Shown one piece after another: positions 1-8,673 of a stretch of 22,146 bases of DNA (within the stretch, counting starts at the first letter, position 1; every line of letters begins with the position of its first letter). Position numbers and translations under genes: made by a program. Source of the DNA: a bacterium (GTDB lineage Bacteria > Zhuqueibacterota > Zhuqueibacteria > Zhuqueibacterales > Zhuqueibacteraceae); the NCBI GenBank assembly GCA_044869275.1, contig JBIOXB010000109.1, positions 1 to 22,146 of the forward strand. The letters are read 5' to 3'. The notes under the pieces are model-generated. The model ran no database searches. It was given only the letters and a program-made list of their open reading frames with translations, and had not been told where the DNA came from.

Positions 1-4
1 ATGA

Positions 5-424
5 ACAAATTTACGCAAACCACAAGGGCCTTTTCAATTACTATCAGCAAAAACCGCAAGAAAGTTCAATAAAATCGCGGTTAAAACGCCAAGTCAGAAA
101 GTTGAGTCAATAGTCTGCAAACATGGAAGAACTACAGGCTATACTGAAGGTATTGTTTCAGATGTATCTCTGGATGTGGAGATTCAAATGGATCACCACA
201 ACTCAACTAAAGTGTTATTTGAGGACCAGATACGAATCGACAGAATCGATCCGTTCAACTCATTTGCTGAGCCAGGTGACAGTGGCTCATTAGTCGTCAG
301 CAAATCCGACCACCAAGCAGTAGGGCTATATTTCGCCGGTCCGCAAGATGGGAAATTTGAATATGGTATTGCCAATCATATCGGCGATGTACTGAAAGAA
401 TTGGAAATTGAAATCTTATTGTGA
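5..424 (+). pseudogene. C-terminal fragment of a trypsin-like (S1/Nal1-like) serine protease
   Basis: Frame open from 5 to the stop at 422-424. Reads VCKHGRTTGYTEG (from 113) and PGDSGSLVV (GDSGS at 275-289), then AVGLYFAG. In-frame TGA at 2-4 and no His/Asp-bearing N-terminal half, so the gene is broken within this window. Confidence 0.7.
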
Positions 425-434
425 GTATGACGAT

Positions 435-659
435 ATGACTGAATCATTGAACGAGGTCAAAAAACGCTTGCGATGTCAATATTTAAGCAGCAGATCAGGC
501 ATCCATGGGTTGGGGATCAGCTCCACTGAAAACGCGATCAAGGTTTACATGCATTCGGATACAAGCATTGACCAACAAGCTCTTTTGCGCCAAATTAAGA
601 AAGATGCCGTCCCATACAAGGTAATTGCTATTATTGAAGAGCCGCCCTCGATTGCTTAA
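435..659 (+). CDS. 74-aa hypothetical protein, paralog 1 (resembles the prodomain of Nal1-like proteases)
   Basis: ATG at 435, 10 nt after the protease stop. Ungapped alignment to 959-1183 gives 42/74 identical residues (hand count). Confidence 0.75.
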   Translation: MTESLNEVKKRLRCQYLSSRSGIHGLGISSTENAIKVYMHSDTSIDQQALLRQIKKDAVPYKVIAIIEEPPSIA

Positions 660-958
660 CAATTATCTTTGAAGTCCTTGGCAAGCCGGCAACTATTATT
701 GGCACTGCAAAAATCAAGTGATGCCTCATGAGTTCGCTGTCTCGATCCAATTACTCAAAACGTAACCTTGCTCTAGGTCTTGTTGCAGTTTTTTTCATCA
801 CCACTTCCATTTTGTAAAGTGATTTATGTTGACTAATTTATAAGCGCTGAGTATATTTATATTTGACACATAGCAGAATTGCTCATGGTTATGAGAGACC
901 TCTGAACTGCAAAAGAGTTCCTAAGCAATTTCGTTTGCTTCTTAAAGTGAGCGACGAC

Positions 959-1183
959 ATGGTTGACTCATTAGATGACGTCAAAAAGCGCCTAAGGAGG
1001 CGATACCTAAATGGTAAACTAGGTATCCATGGGCTGGGGATTAGCCCATCCGAGAACTCGATCAAAATCTACCTGCATCGAGACAAAAATGTGAACCAAA
1101 AAGAGCTTTTGGCCAAAATTGAGGAAGAGGCCGCTCCTTATAATGTAATTGCCATTTTTGAGGAGCCGCCACTTCTTGCGTAA
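959..1183 (+). CDS. 74-aa hypothetical protein, paralog 2
   Basis: ATG at 959; same length as paralog 1. Shares VKKRLR..YL....GIHGLGIS..EN.IK.Y.H and PY.VIAI.EEPP. Upstream context also similar (gtgagtatgacgatATG vs gtgagcgacgacATG). Confidence 0.75.
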   Translation: MVDSLDDVKKRLRRRYLNGKLGIHGLGISPSENSIKIYLHRDKNVNQKELLAKIEEEAAPYNVIAIFEEPPLLA

Positions 1184-1607
1184 TTGAAAGCCTCCTTGGG
1201 TTAAGCAGGCACGTAATTGCGATCTTCGAACCACTGCAAAAGGTGGAGAGTTAGGGTATTATTTTTTTGTGTGGAACTGCTTAACTATAGCACGCATATT
1301 CACTCACTCTCAATGAAATTCTCACAACCGCAAGCGCAGCGTTTTGAATTTGCCAGTTCTATCAGTCTACTTCGTGAACCCCACAATAATTGCTCGCGCC
1401 TCCCCAGATCCTTCCGTTTTTCTAAGAAGAATAGATCGCTGCAACTGGGATAGCATCCTTTTTTGCTGTGCTCCGGCTTGAATTCCATTTTTTCTGTCAG
1501 CAGATAAAGCGCGCGACGCCTGTAAAACGAGTTAGACCATCATCCCTCTTGGCTGTCCCTGCCCGTTATCGAACATTCGTGGCGGTCTGCCGAACAAATA
1601 AATTTAC

Positions 1608-1636
1608 TTGAGAAATCCCCAACATTCTCATATCTT
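1608..1636 (+). promoter_or_regulatory. putative sigma70 promoter
   Basis: TTGAGA-17 nt-TATCTT, about 170 nt upstream of the 1807 gene. Confidence 0.4.
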
Positions 1637-1806
1637 CTCCATAAACCCAAGCTCAACCAATCGCGATTCAAAATTCTGACCAGGGGAAATGCAGACTTTA
1701 ACCGAAGAAACATCGACCGAGATGGAGGCGATGCTCATCTGAACGGGTTGAAAATTTTACACCATGGGAAAAGGTCAATTTAACCGTCAAGGAACAGGAT
1801 CACCGC

Positions 1807-3339
1807 ATGTTGCATTTGAGGTATAAAGTTACTTCCGCCAGCTTGTTTCTGCTTCTGTTCAACGAAATGGCGCAGCCGCAAAACGCGACGCCGCCCATGC
1901 TGCCGCGCAAGGCGTTCAATAAAATCGGCAATTTCCAGGCAACGTATTACAGTATGGTAGACGAAAGCCAGCAGATTTTTGCCAGCGCGCGCAAAGACGC
2001 CACCTTACGGGATGAGAGCGGCATGCCGATCACGGCGGTTTCATCTGCCTATAAAGCCAAGCTGGAGATCGAAGGAGTAGGCAAGCTCGCAGATGGTCGC
2101 GTGGTCAGCTTTGCGGGTTTTAGGAAGACCACGGGCAATGGCACAGCCGGTAATGGCAGAGAGGCTTACTATCAAGTCGTCCAAAATGCGCCGTTCGGTT
2201 TCGGTGTCGAGAATTACAGACTGATGCCGTACCGCACGATGGCGGTGAATCCCAGGCAAATATTGATCGGCAGTGTTTTGTTCGTTCCGCAAGCATACGG
2301 CGTGATGTTGCCGGCGGGTGAGATTCATGATGGCTTCTTTTTTGCGCATGATGCCGGCCGCGCAATTCAACAGGGCCGAATCGACTTGTTCGTGGGCGAT
2401 GAAGACGATCAGGACAACAGTTTCTCGCGGTCGCCGCGTCTGCGCCACCCGAAGGAAATCGACGTCTATCTGGTGCAAGAGCCGCTGGCAGGTGCTTTGC
2501 GCCGGCGCTATAGGGAGGATTTTGAGTATGCGCCGCGGCCCGGGTTGCATGAAATGCTCGCCAAATCCCTCGACCAGTTCTTGCGCGAAGTGAGCGGCCG
2601 CGAAAAGGATTTGAATCGCCGCCTCGCCATCTACTCTGAGCGCGCGAAAGGCACGCCCTATGCGCTGTTCTGTTTGGGCGAGGGTCCGGCGGGGAAATAT
2701 GACCGCGACCCTTTGCTGGATTTTTCCCGTGTGGATTGCATGACGTTTTGCGAGCAGATTTTGGCCATGACGGTCTCCGCTAATTACGAAGAAATGTTTG
2801 CAAATCTACTGCGCCTCCGTTACCGCGGCGGCGAAGTCGGCTTCACCACGCGCAATCACTATACGCACGCGGACTGGGTGCCCAACAATGGCTGGCTGCT
2901 CGCCGACGCGACGGGTGAAATCGGTGGCAACTACTGCGCCCAGATGAGCAAAGTGATCGATCGCCCTGCCTTTTTTCGCAAACTCGGCCTGCCGGACAGC
3001 GAGCTGGCCGGCGTGCAGGCCGCACAGAACATGGAGATCAAATACATCCCCACGGAACATTTGCCGGCCATCAAAGACAATCTGCGCGGCGGCGAGATTG
3101 CGAGTATCATTCAAAAAACACCGGGCATTTTTTCAGCGCACATGGGCTTCATTATTCGCGATCGCTATGACAACGTTCTATTCCGCCACGCTTCTTCCCG
3201 GCCGGAAGCGAATCAAGTCACGGACGAGTATTTTGACGATGCGATTGCGCAAATTAAACAGAGCGGTAATCGCGTGGGCATGGCGTTCTTTCGCTTGCGG
3301 CAAGATTGGGTCGCACTGGAACGTGCCCATGAGCCATGA
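1807..3339 (+). CDS. secreted peptidoglycan hydrolase fusion: 3D domain + DUF1460 (AmiA-like NlpC/P60 amidase)
   Basis: Signal-like N-terminus. 3D motifs FQATYY, MAVNP..I.IGS and AHDAGRAIQQGRIDLFVG. DUF1460 motifs GTPY...LGEG...DRDPL.DFSRVDCMTFCE, LRYRGG.V.F..RNHY...DW and SAHMGF. Confidence 0.85.
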   Translation: MLHLRYKVTSASLFLLLFNEMAQPQNATPPMLPRKAFNKIGNFQATYYSMVDESQQIFASARKDATLRDESGMPITAVSSAYKAKLEIEGVGKLADGRVVSFAGFRKTTGNGTAGNGREAYYQVVQNAPFGFGVENYRLMPYRTMAVNPRQILIGSVLFVPQAYGVMLPAGEIHDGFFFAHDAGRAIQQGRIDLFVGDEDDQDNSFSRSPRLRHPKEIDVYLVQEPLAGALRRRYREDFEYAPRPGLHEMLAKSLDQFLREVSGREKDLNRRLAIYSERAKGTPYALFCLGEGPAGKYDRDPLLDFSRVDCMTFCEQILAMTVSANYEEMFANLLRLRYRGGEVGFTTRNHYTHADWVPNNGWLLADATGEIGGNYCAQMSKVIDRPAFFRKLGLPDSELAGVQAAQNMEIKYIPTEHLPAIKDNLRGGEIASIIQKTPGIFSAHMGFIIRDRYDNVLFRHASSRPEANQVTDEYFDDAIAQIKQSGNRVGMAFFRLRQDWVALERAHEP

Positions 3340-3403
3340 GGTTCTGCCGAACCGCCTTCACGGGCCATGGCGTGACCATCGTGAAAATGGCAACTCCCCG
3401 TAG

Positions 3404-5011
3404 ATGAAGAGCTTTTACCTTCGACTCTTTGCCCTGCTCTTGATTTTTTGCACGGCGGCGCGCACGCAAGACGGCTATGTGCGCCAGCCCGGTTACGATG
3501 TTTGGCATTATGATCTTGCTCTCGACATTTCCGAGCACGGCAATGACGTTCGCGGCGAGGCCACGATCAGAATTGTTGTGCGCGAAAGCAACTCTTCCGA
3601 ACTGCGCCTTGATTTGAAAAAGATGAGCGTCGCGGCGGTCAGAATCGCGCAGCAAGCGCTGCCTTTTAAATATGACGGTTACACTCTTGCGGTTGTGTTG
3701 CCGGCGGGATACAAATCGGGCGATACCCTGCAACTCGCGATTTCCTATTCCGGTACGCCTCAAGATGGGCTGATCATACGCAACAACAAGTTCGGCCGGC
3801 GCGTGATGTTTGCCGACAACTGGCCGGATCGCGCGAGCTTTTGGTTTCCGGCAATCGACCATCCTTCCGACAAGGCCACGGTCGATTTTCGCCTCACCGT
3901 TCCCGCGCATTTGACCGTGGTGGCAAACGGTTTGTTGCAGGAGGTGCGAGCCTCCCGCCCCGAACACAAAACCTGGCACTGGCGGGAGCGCACGCCGATT
4001 CCGACTTATTGCATGGTCTTCGGCGCAGCGGAATTTGCCGTCGGCTCCCTTGCCCCCGGCACATCGTTCCCGGTCAGCTATTATGTCTTTCCGGAAGAAG
4101 CGGCACACGCGCAACAGAATTTCGGACGTGTGCCGGAAATGATTGACTTCTTTACCAAGAGGATCGGCGAGTTTCCCTATGAAAAATTGGCGCTGGTGCA
4201 GTCCGTCACACGCTTCGGCGGCATGGAAAATGCCAGTGTGGTTTTCTTCGCGGAGAACAGCTTCGGCAAAGATCTCAATTTCGAGGGTACCACGGCGCAC
4301 GAGATTGCGCATCAGTGGTTTGGCGATGCGGTCACGCCCGCGGGCTGGCAGCACCTCTGGTTGAGTGAAGGCTTCGCCACTTATGGCGAGGCTTTGTTTT
4401 ACGAGTACACCGACGGGCCGGAAAAATTTCGCGAAAAGATGGCGGCGCGCCGAGAAACTTATCTACAATTTGCCCAACAGCATCCGCACGGCCGGGTGCT
4501 CGAGGCGGGGATCACCGATTATATGCAGTTGCTCAACGCCAGCAACTATTCCAAAGGCGCGTGGGTTCTGCACATGCTGCGGGAATTCGTGGGTGAGGAA
4601 AATTTCTGGCTAGGCTTGCGCACGTATTATGCGCGTTTTCGCAACGATAATGCGACCACCGATGATCTGCTTGTGGTCATGGAAGAGGTGAGCGGCGATT
4701 CACTGAAATGGTTTTTCAAACAATGGCTCGAACAACCCGGCCATCCGCAGGTGCAAATTTCGTGGCAATGGCATCCCCTCGCTTCGAGCCTCGAAGTCAC
4801 GCTGCGGCAAACGCAGGAGGAGCATTATGATCGCTTGCCCATCGAAATCGGCTGGCAGGCTGGCAGCGAAAATGGGCTTGAGCATATGGAGATGGTTCAA
4901 AGCGAGCAAAAAATGCGCATCAAGGCACCGCGCATGCCGGATCGGATTGTGGTTGACCCTCAGGTGAAAACGTTGATGGCTTTTAAATTGATGGATGCAG
5001 GTGCGAATTAG
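3404..5011 (+). CDS. secreted M1-family zinc aminopeptidase
   Basis: Signal peptide, GGMEN exopeptidase motif, HEIAHQWFG...WLSEGFATY (HEXXH-X18-E), YSKGAWVLHMLR. Confidence 0.93.
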   Translation: MKSFYLRLFALLLIFCTAARTQDGYVRQPGYDVWHYDLALDISEHGNDVRGEATIRIVVRESNSSELRLDLKKMSVAAVRIAQQALPFKYDGYTLAVVLPAGYKSGDTLQLAISYSGTPQDGLIIRNNKFGRRVMFADNWPDRASFWFPAIDHPSDKATVDFRLTVPAHLTVVANGLLQEVRASRPEHKTWHWRERTPIPTYCMVFGAAEFAVGSLAPGTSFPVSYYVFPEEAAHAQQNFGRVPEMIDFFTKRIGEFPYEKLALVQSVTRFGGMENASVVFFAENSFGKDLNFEGTTAHEIAHQWFGDAVTPAGWQHLWLSEGFATYGEALFYEYTDGPEKFREKMAARRETYLQFAQQHPHGRVLEAGITDYMQLLNASNYSKGAWVLHMLREFVGEENFWLGLRTYYARFRNDNATTDDLLVVMEEVSGDSLKWFFKQWLEQPGHPQVQISWQWHPLASSLEVTLRQTQEEHYDRLPIEIGWQAGSENGLEHMEMVQSEQKMRIKAPRMPDRIVVDPQVKTLMAFKLMDAGAN

Positions 5012-5120
5012 GTACCCGGCTTCATTCAGTTTTTTTGTTTTCTAAGCACACCACGCGCACAACGTGAAGGACCAATCCCGCATGGACGAGCAAGTTCGAA
5101 TTCTCGCTCCCGGAGGAACA

Positions 5121-5909
5121 ATGCAGCTCACCGGTCACATCAACGAAGATCAGGTGATGGCGTTGTATCTCGGCAACTTGTCGTCGGAGGAAGAGCAGCG
5201 CCTGAACCGTCACGTTTCGGACTGTTCCACGTGCCGCCGCGAATTCTCCCTGTATCGTGAAATGTTGACAGGTGTGGAAACACTGGCGAAAGAAATGGGC
5301 GGGCCCAAACACGCACCGCTCCTGCGCACGGCGATCCGGCAGCAAATGCGGGGGCGGCAGATTTTCTATGACTTGCTCTTTCATCCGCTGGTTGGGCCGT
5401 TGTGGGTGGCGTCGAGCATAAAGGGCGTGTGCCTCGTGAACTTCTCCGATCACACGCCTTTCGAGATCGAAGAAAACTTGCGGCAGTTGCAGCCCGAAGC
5501 CTGGCTTGTGCGCGACCGCCAGGCCACAGCAACACTGGTTGAAGAATTGCGGGAATATTTGCAGCGCCGGCGGAATCATTTTTCCGTGCCCATCGATTGG
5601 CGCTTCGCCCCTGCTGGGTTCCAGCGACAAGTCTTGGAATTCGTCAGTAGAATTCCGTATGGGCAAGTCTACACCTACGGCGAAGTCGCCGAGATTCTGC
5701 AGCAACCCAAAGCCGCGCGTGCCGTAGGGCAAGCGCTGGGCAGCAATCCGATTCCCCTCGTCATTCCTTGCCATCGCGTCGTAGCTGCCGGCGGAAAGCT
5801 TGGCGGTTTTTCTGCGGGCACGAATATCAAGCGCCGCCTGCTGGAATTGGAAGGCGTACGCTGGCCGAACTTTTCACGCCAGGTTGATTTGTTTGCACGA
5901 TTACCATGA
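5121..5909 (+). CDS. ogt: methylated-DNA--protein-cysteine methyltransferase with N-terminal zf-HC2 (anti-sigma-type) zinc finger
   Basis: IPYGQVYTYGEVA, AARAVGQALGSNPIPLVIPCHRVV (active-site PCHR), KRRLLELEG. N-terminal YL.G.LS.EE...L..HVSDCSTC. Start placed at ATG 5121 behind GGAGG. Confidence 0.9.
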   Translation: MQLTGHINEDQVMALYLGNLSSEEEQRLNRHVSDCSTCRREFSLYREMLTGVETLAKEMGGPKHAPLLRTAIRQQMRGRQIFYDLLFHPLVGPLWVASSIKGVCLVNFSDHTPFEIEENLRQLQPEAWLVRDRQATATLVEELREYLQRRRNHFSVPIDWRFAPAGFQRQVLEFVSRIPYGQVYTYGEVAEILQQPKAARAVGQALGSNPIPLVIPCHRVVAAGGKLGGFSAGTNIKRRLLELEGVRWPNFSRQVDLFARLP

Positions 5910-6106
5910 TAGCCGGCCATGCCGTATGCATGGATAAAAGCATCTGCTTAACGGGCTTCGCGCTCCTGGGTCCATTCGCTTTGGCACTGTGTAATTTTTT
6001 GCTACAACGTTGGGGCCAGCCAAAATCGTAAAGCTTACCGCAGTCAAAAACAGCTTGCAAGTACAACATTTTCTGTGACCACATGGTCGCGTTTAGTCAT
6101 TTACTT

Positions 6107-6122
6107 TGGCAGGCACTTTGCA
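6107..6122 (+). promoter_or_regulatory. putative sigma54 (-24/-12) promoter
   Basis: TGGCAGGCACTTTGCA matches TGGCA-N6-TTGCA with exact GG-N10-GC spacing, about 140 nt upstream of the 6263 gene. Confidence 0.55.
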
Positions 6123-6262
6123 AATAAGAAGTTGAGTTTGTGATGGCTAAAATGGTGATCATAGGTTACCTCAGTTATTTGTTACCGCTACAATGCACCA
6201 AGGTTTCGCAGTAACAGGATGAGCCCAAGATACTCCGGTCAAACACAATCATGGAGAAAATT

Positions 6263-7579
6263 ATGCGAAAACAACTTGGATGGGTGTTTCTCGCTTTTCT
6301 GTTCGCGAGCTTCATCTTATCCACTCCTCTGCGCGCGCAATCCAATTATTCCTCATATGGCAGCTGGTTGAACAATCAAGGGATGGTTACGGGCGGCATC
6401 GGCCTCTCGACGATCAATGGCAACTCTTATTTCACCATGAATTTTCGCCCCGAGCTCGCCTTCGGCAAATTCGGCATGGGTTTGGACATCATGCTACGCT
6501 TCGATTCCGAAACCGGGGATTTGCGCGCAGGAGATTGGGACGACAGCTATGATTGGTTCCGGGTATTGCGTTACGTGCGTTACGGCTTCAAGCAGAATCC
6601 CGATCCAGTTTATACGCGGCTGGGCGCGTTGGACAATGCGCGACTCGGTCACGGCTTCATCATGAATTACTACAATAACCAAATAATTTACGACGAGCGC
6701 AAGCTCGGCATCGAATTCGATTATGATTTCGGCATCGGCGGCTTCGAGTTGATGACCAGCAATCTAGGCCGGGCGGAAATCTTCGGCGGGCGGCTTTACT
6801 ACCGGCCCTTGCAACTCGTCACGAATGCCGCCATTTTGAAAAACTTTGCCATCGGCGCCACCTATGCGACCGACATCGATCCTGATGTCAATCGCAAAAC
6901 TGAAGATCGCGTATCGGTTTTCGGTTTCGACGCCGAGCTGCCCATCATCAAAACGAAGGTTTCAAAACTGGCGATTTACGGTGACGCCGCCAAGATTGTG
7001 GATTTCGGCTCCGGCCAGGCTGTGGGCGCGGAGTTTCAAGTCTTCAATCTGAGCGGGTTGGTCAACTTCGGTGCACAGTTGGAAAGGCGTTTTATCGGAA
7101 AGGGCTTCCTGCCTTCCTATTTCGGTCCCTTTTATGAGCTTGATCGCTCCGATCCCGACAGCAGCCGGCAAAACCAACTGACGCTGCAAACGTCTTCCAC
7201 ACGTGGCACCTATGGCAGATTGTATGGCAGTATTCTCAATCTCGTCAATCTCCTGGGAAGCTACGAGCGCACCGACGGTGCGCCACAAAGCGGACTGCTG
7301 CATGTCGAGGCTTCCATACCCAATACCCTTCCCAGCTTCGCAGCACGCGCCAGTTATGACGATAAGGGGGTCGACAAATTCTCGGATTTGTTTAACATGG
7401 ACGAGAACTCGGCCGCACGCGTGGGACTGGGCTACAAAATGACGCCATACTTGATTTTGTATCTCGACTACATTTGGACTTTCCAACCTGATCCTGCCCG
7501 CCCGGGCGAGTACAAAGTGCAAAAACGCTTTGAACCGCAATTGGCGCTGTCGTATACGTTTCCTGTGGGCGGCAGATAG
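6263..7579 (+). CDS. secreted hypothetical protein, probable outer-membrane beta-barrel
   Basis: Signal peptide ending LRA-Q; many Gly/aromatic-rich amphipathic strands; C-terminal LALSYTF. ATG 6263 follows GGAG (alternative ATG 6251). Confidence 0.7.
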   Translation: MRKQLGWVFLAFLFASFILSTPLRAQSNYSSYGSWLNNQGMVTGGIGLSTINGNSYFTMNFRPELAFGKFGMGLDIMLRFDSETGDLRAGDWDDSYDWFRVLRYVRYGFKQNPDPVYTRLGALDNARLGHGFIMNYYNNQIIYDERKLGIEFDYDFGIGGFELMTSNLGRAEIFGGRLYYRPLQLVTNAAILKNFAIGATYATDIDPDVNRKTEDRVSVFGFDAELPIIKTKVSKLAIYGDAAKIVDFGSGQAVGAEFQVFNLSGLVNFGAQLERRFIGKGFLPSYFGPFYELDRSDPDSSRQNQLTLQTSSTRGTYGRLYGSILNLVNLLGSYERTDGAPQSGLLHVEASIPNTLPSFAARASYDDKGVDKFSDLFNMDENSAARVGLGYKMTPYLILYLDYIWTFQPDPARPGEYKVQKRFEPQLALSYTFPVGGR

Positions 7580-7584
7580 TGCCG

Positions 7585-7680
7585 GATGGAGAACGGGGGA
7601 TTGAGGATAGAGGATCGAAAATCGAGAATTGCATTCAGGATGCTTTTGTCAACACGATCTTCTATCCTCGATTCTCAATC
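7585..7680. repeat. inverted array of degenerate heptamers (RATNGAG)
   Basis: Left arm GATGGAG AACGGGG GATTGAG GATAGAG GATCGAA AATCGAG (7585-7626). Right arm CACGATC TTCTATC CTCGATT CTCAATC (7653-7680) consists of reverse-complement units. Confidence 0.8.
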
Positions 7681-7705
7681 TTCAAGACAAAAATATGGTG
7701 CTCTC

Positions 7706-8473
7706 GTGCGTGTTCATTTCCCCTCGCGGGACAAAATCCGCAGCAGCTTGGCCCAACTTGCGGAGGGCGTGCTGTCATTGGTCTATCCCCCGCAGTGTGC
7801 CGCTTGTCTGAAGTGTGAACAAGCTCCTTCCTGCCGTTTTCTTTGTGAAGATTGCTTGGCCCGCGTGATCCGAGCTGAAATTCCCGCAGTACGCTTGTGG
7901 CAAAATGTGGAGGAAATCGCTCCGGGAAGGCGCGCTTGTGCATGCGATCTTGCGGCATGGTTTTATGAGGACAGCATGATGGCACTCATTCCGCGTATGA
8001 AATATCAGAACCGCCCAGCCATTGCAAGAGTTTTTGCCGAAATTGCCGCCGCGCGTCTAGGAGAACTGGTAAATACGGTTTTATCTTCTGCTGCAAAAGC
8101 GGCACCGGTCTTGGTGCCTGTGCCCCTGCATTCCCGCCGCCAAAGAGAACGCGGCTACAATCAAAGCTGGTTGATCGCTCGTACCTTCAGCAGGGAATGG
8201 AAGTTTGAAATGCAGACTTGGGCGTTGCGGCGGACGCGCTTCACGCGGTCGCAGGCTAAACTCAACGCCGCCGAGCGCGTGAAAAATGTGCGCGATGTCT
8301 TTGCAGCAGCCCGTGTCGAAAAACTTTCCGGAAGAACGGTGCTTCTGGTCGATGATGTGATCACCACCGGCGCGACGGTTGCATCGTGTGCGGGGACTCT
8401 ACTGCAAGCCGGCGTTTCACAAGTGATCGCCGTGGCGCTGGCGCGCGCAGGGCGGGATTTGATGTTGATGTGA
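7706..8473 (+). CDS. comF: ComF family protein (zinc ribbon + phosphoribosyltransferase-like domain)
   Basis: VYPPQCAAC...LCEDC, VPVPLH..R.RERGYNQS, LLVDDVITTGAT. Start uncertain; GTG 7706 chosen because 7586-7705 runs through the heptamer repeat. Confidence 0.88.
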   Translation: MRVHFPSRDKIRSSLAQLAEGVLSLVYPPQCAACLKCEQAPSCRFLCEDCLARVIRAEIPAVRLWQNVEEIAPGRRACACDLAAWFYEDSMMALIPRMKYQNRPAIARVFAEIAAARLGELVNTVLSSAAKAAPVLVPVPLHSRRQRERGYNQSWLIARTFSREWKFEMQTWALRRTRFTRSQAKLNAAERVKNVRDVFAAARVEKLSGRTVLLVDDVITTGATVASCAGTLLQAGVSQVIAVALARAGRDLMLM

Positions 8474-8562
8474 AAATATAATCGTTACGCCGGATCATGC
8501 GAGCCGCCGATACAATATCGATCCAAACCCGGCGAATAAAGAATGTAGATATAATAGCCCAC
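8469..8562 (-). pseudogene. 5' fragment of a GIY-YIG nuclease copy
   Basis: Reads VGYYIYILYSPGLDRYCIGGSHDPA*RLYFH. Premature TAA at 8485-8487; similarity to the intact copy ends at the comF stop codon. Confidence 0.85.
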
Positions 8563-8580
8563 CCTGCCCTCCAAAACAAA

Positions 8581-8605
8581 GAAACCCAGATTCATCCTGG
8601 GTTTC
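8581..8605 (-). terminator. intrinsic terminator-like hairpin (repeat copy)
   Basis: Minus strand GAAACCCAG-GATGAAT-CTGGGTTTC followed by TTTGTTTT. Confidence 0.65.
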
Positions 8606-8609
8606 ACCT

Positions 8610-8673
8610 TGGCTCCCGAGGCAGGACTTGAACCTGCATCCCGAAGCTTCGGGATAACAGCCGCCCGCTCTGC
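8610..8673 (-). pseudogene. tRNA-Asn-derived fragment (D-stem 3' half to CCA) with palindrome substitution
   Basis: GCAGAGCGGGCGGCTGTT-ATCCCGAAGCTTCGGGAT-GCAGGTTCAAGTCCTGCCTCGGGAGCCA; palindrome at 8638-8655. Confidence 0.85.

Noticed and set aside
2..4. In-frame TGA as selenocysteine in the protease
   Set aside because: No convincing SECIS-like hairpin follows, and the next ~35 codons do not look protease-like.
1217..1488. Short ORFs 1217-1453 (+) and 1300-1488 (-)
   Set aside because: No recognisable motif; they overlap each other and are probably spurious.
3254..5774. Long antisense ORFs (3254-4354, 5022-5774)
   Set aside because: Shadow frames of GC-rich genes that have clear family motifs on the + strand.
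7586..7705. N-terminal extension of ComF
   Set aside because: It is a translation of the heptamer repeat (IEDRKSRI...RSSILDSQS), not ComF-like sequence.
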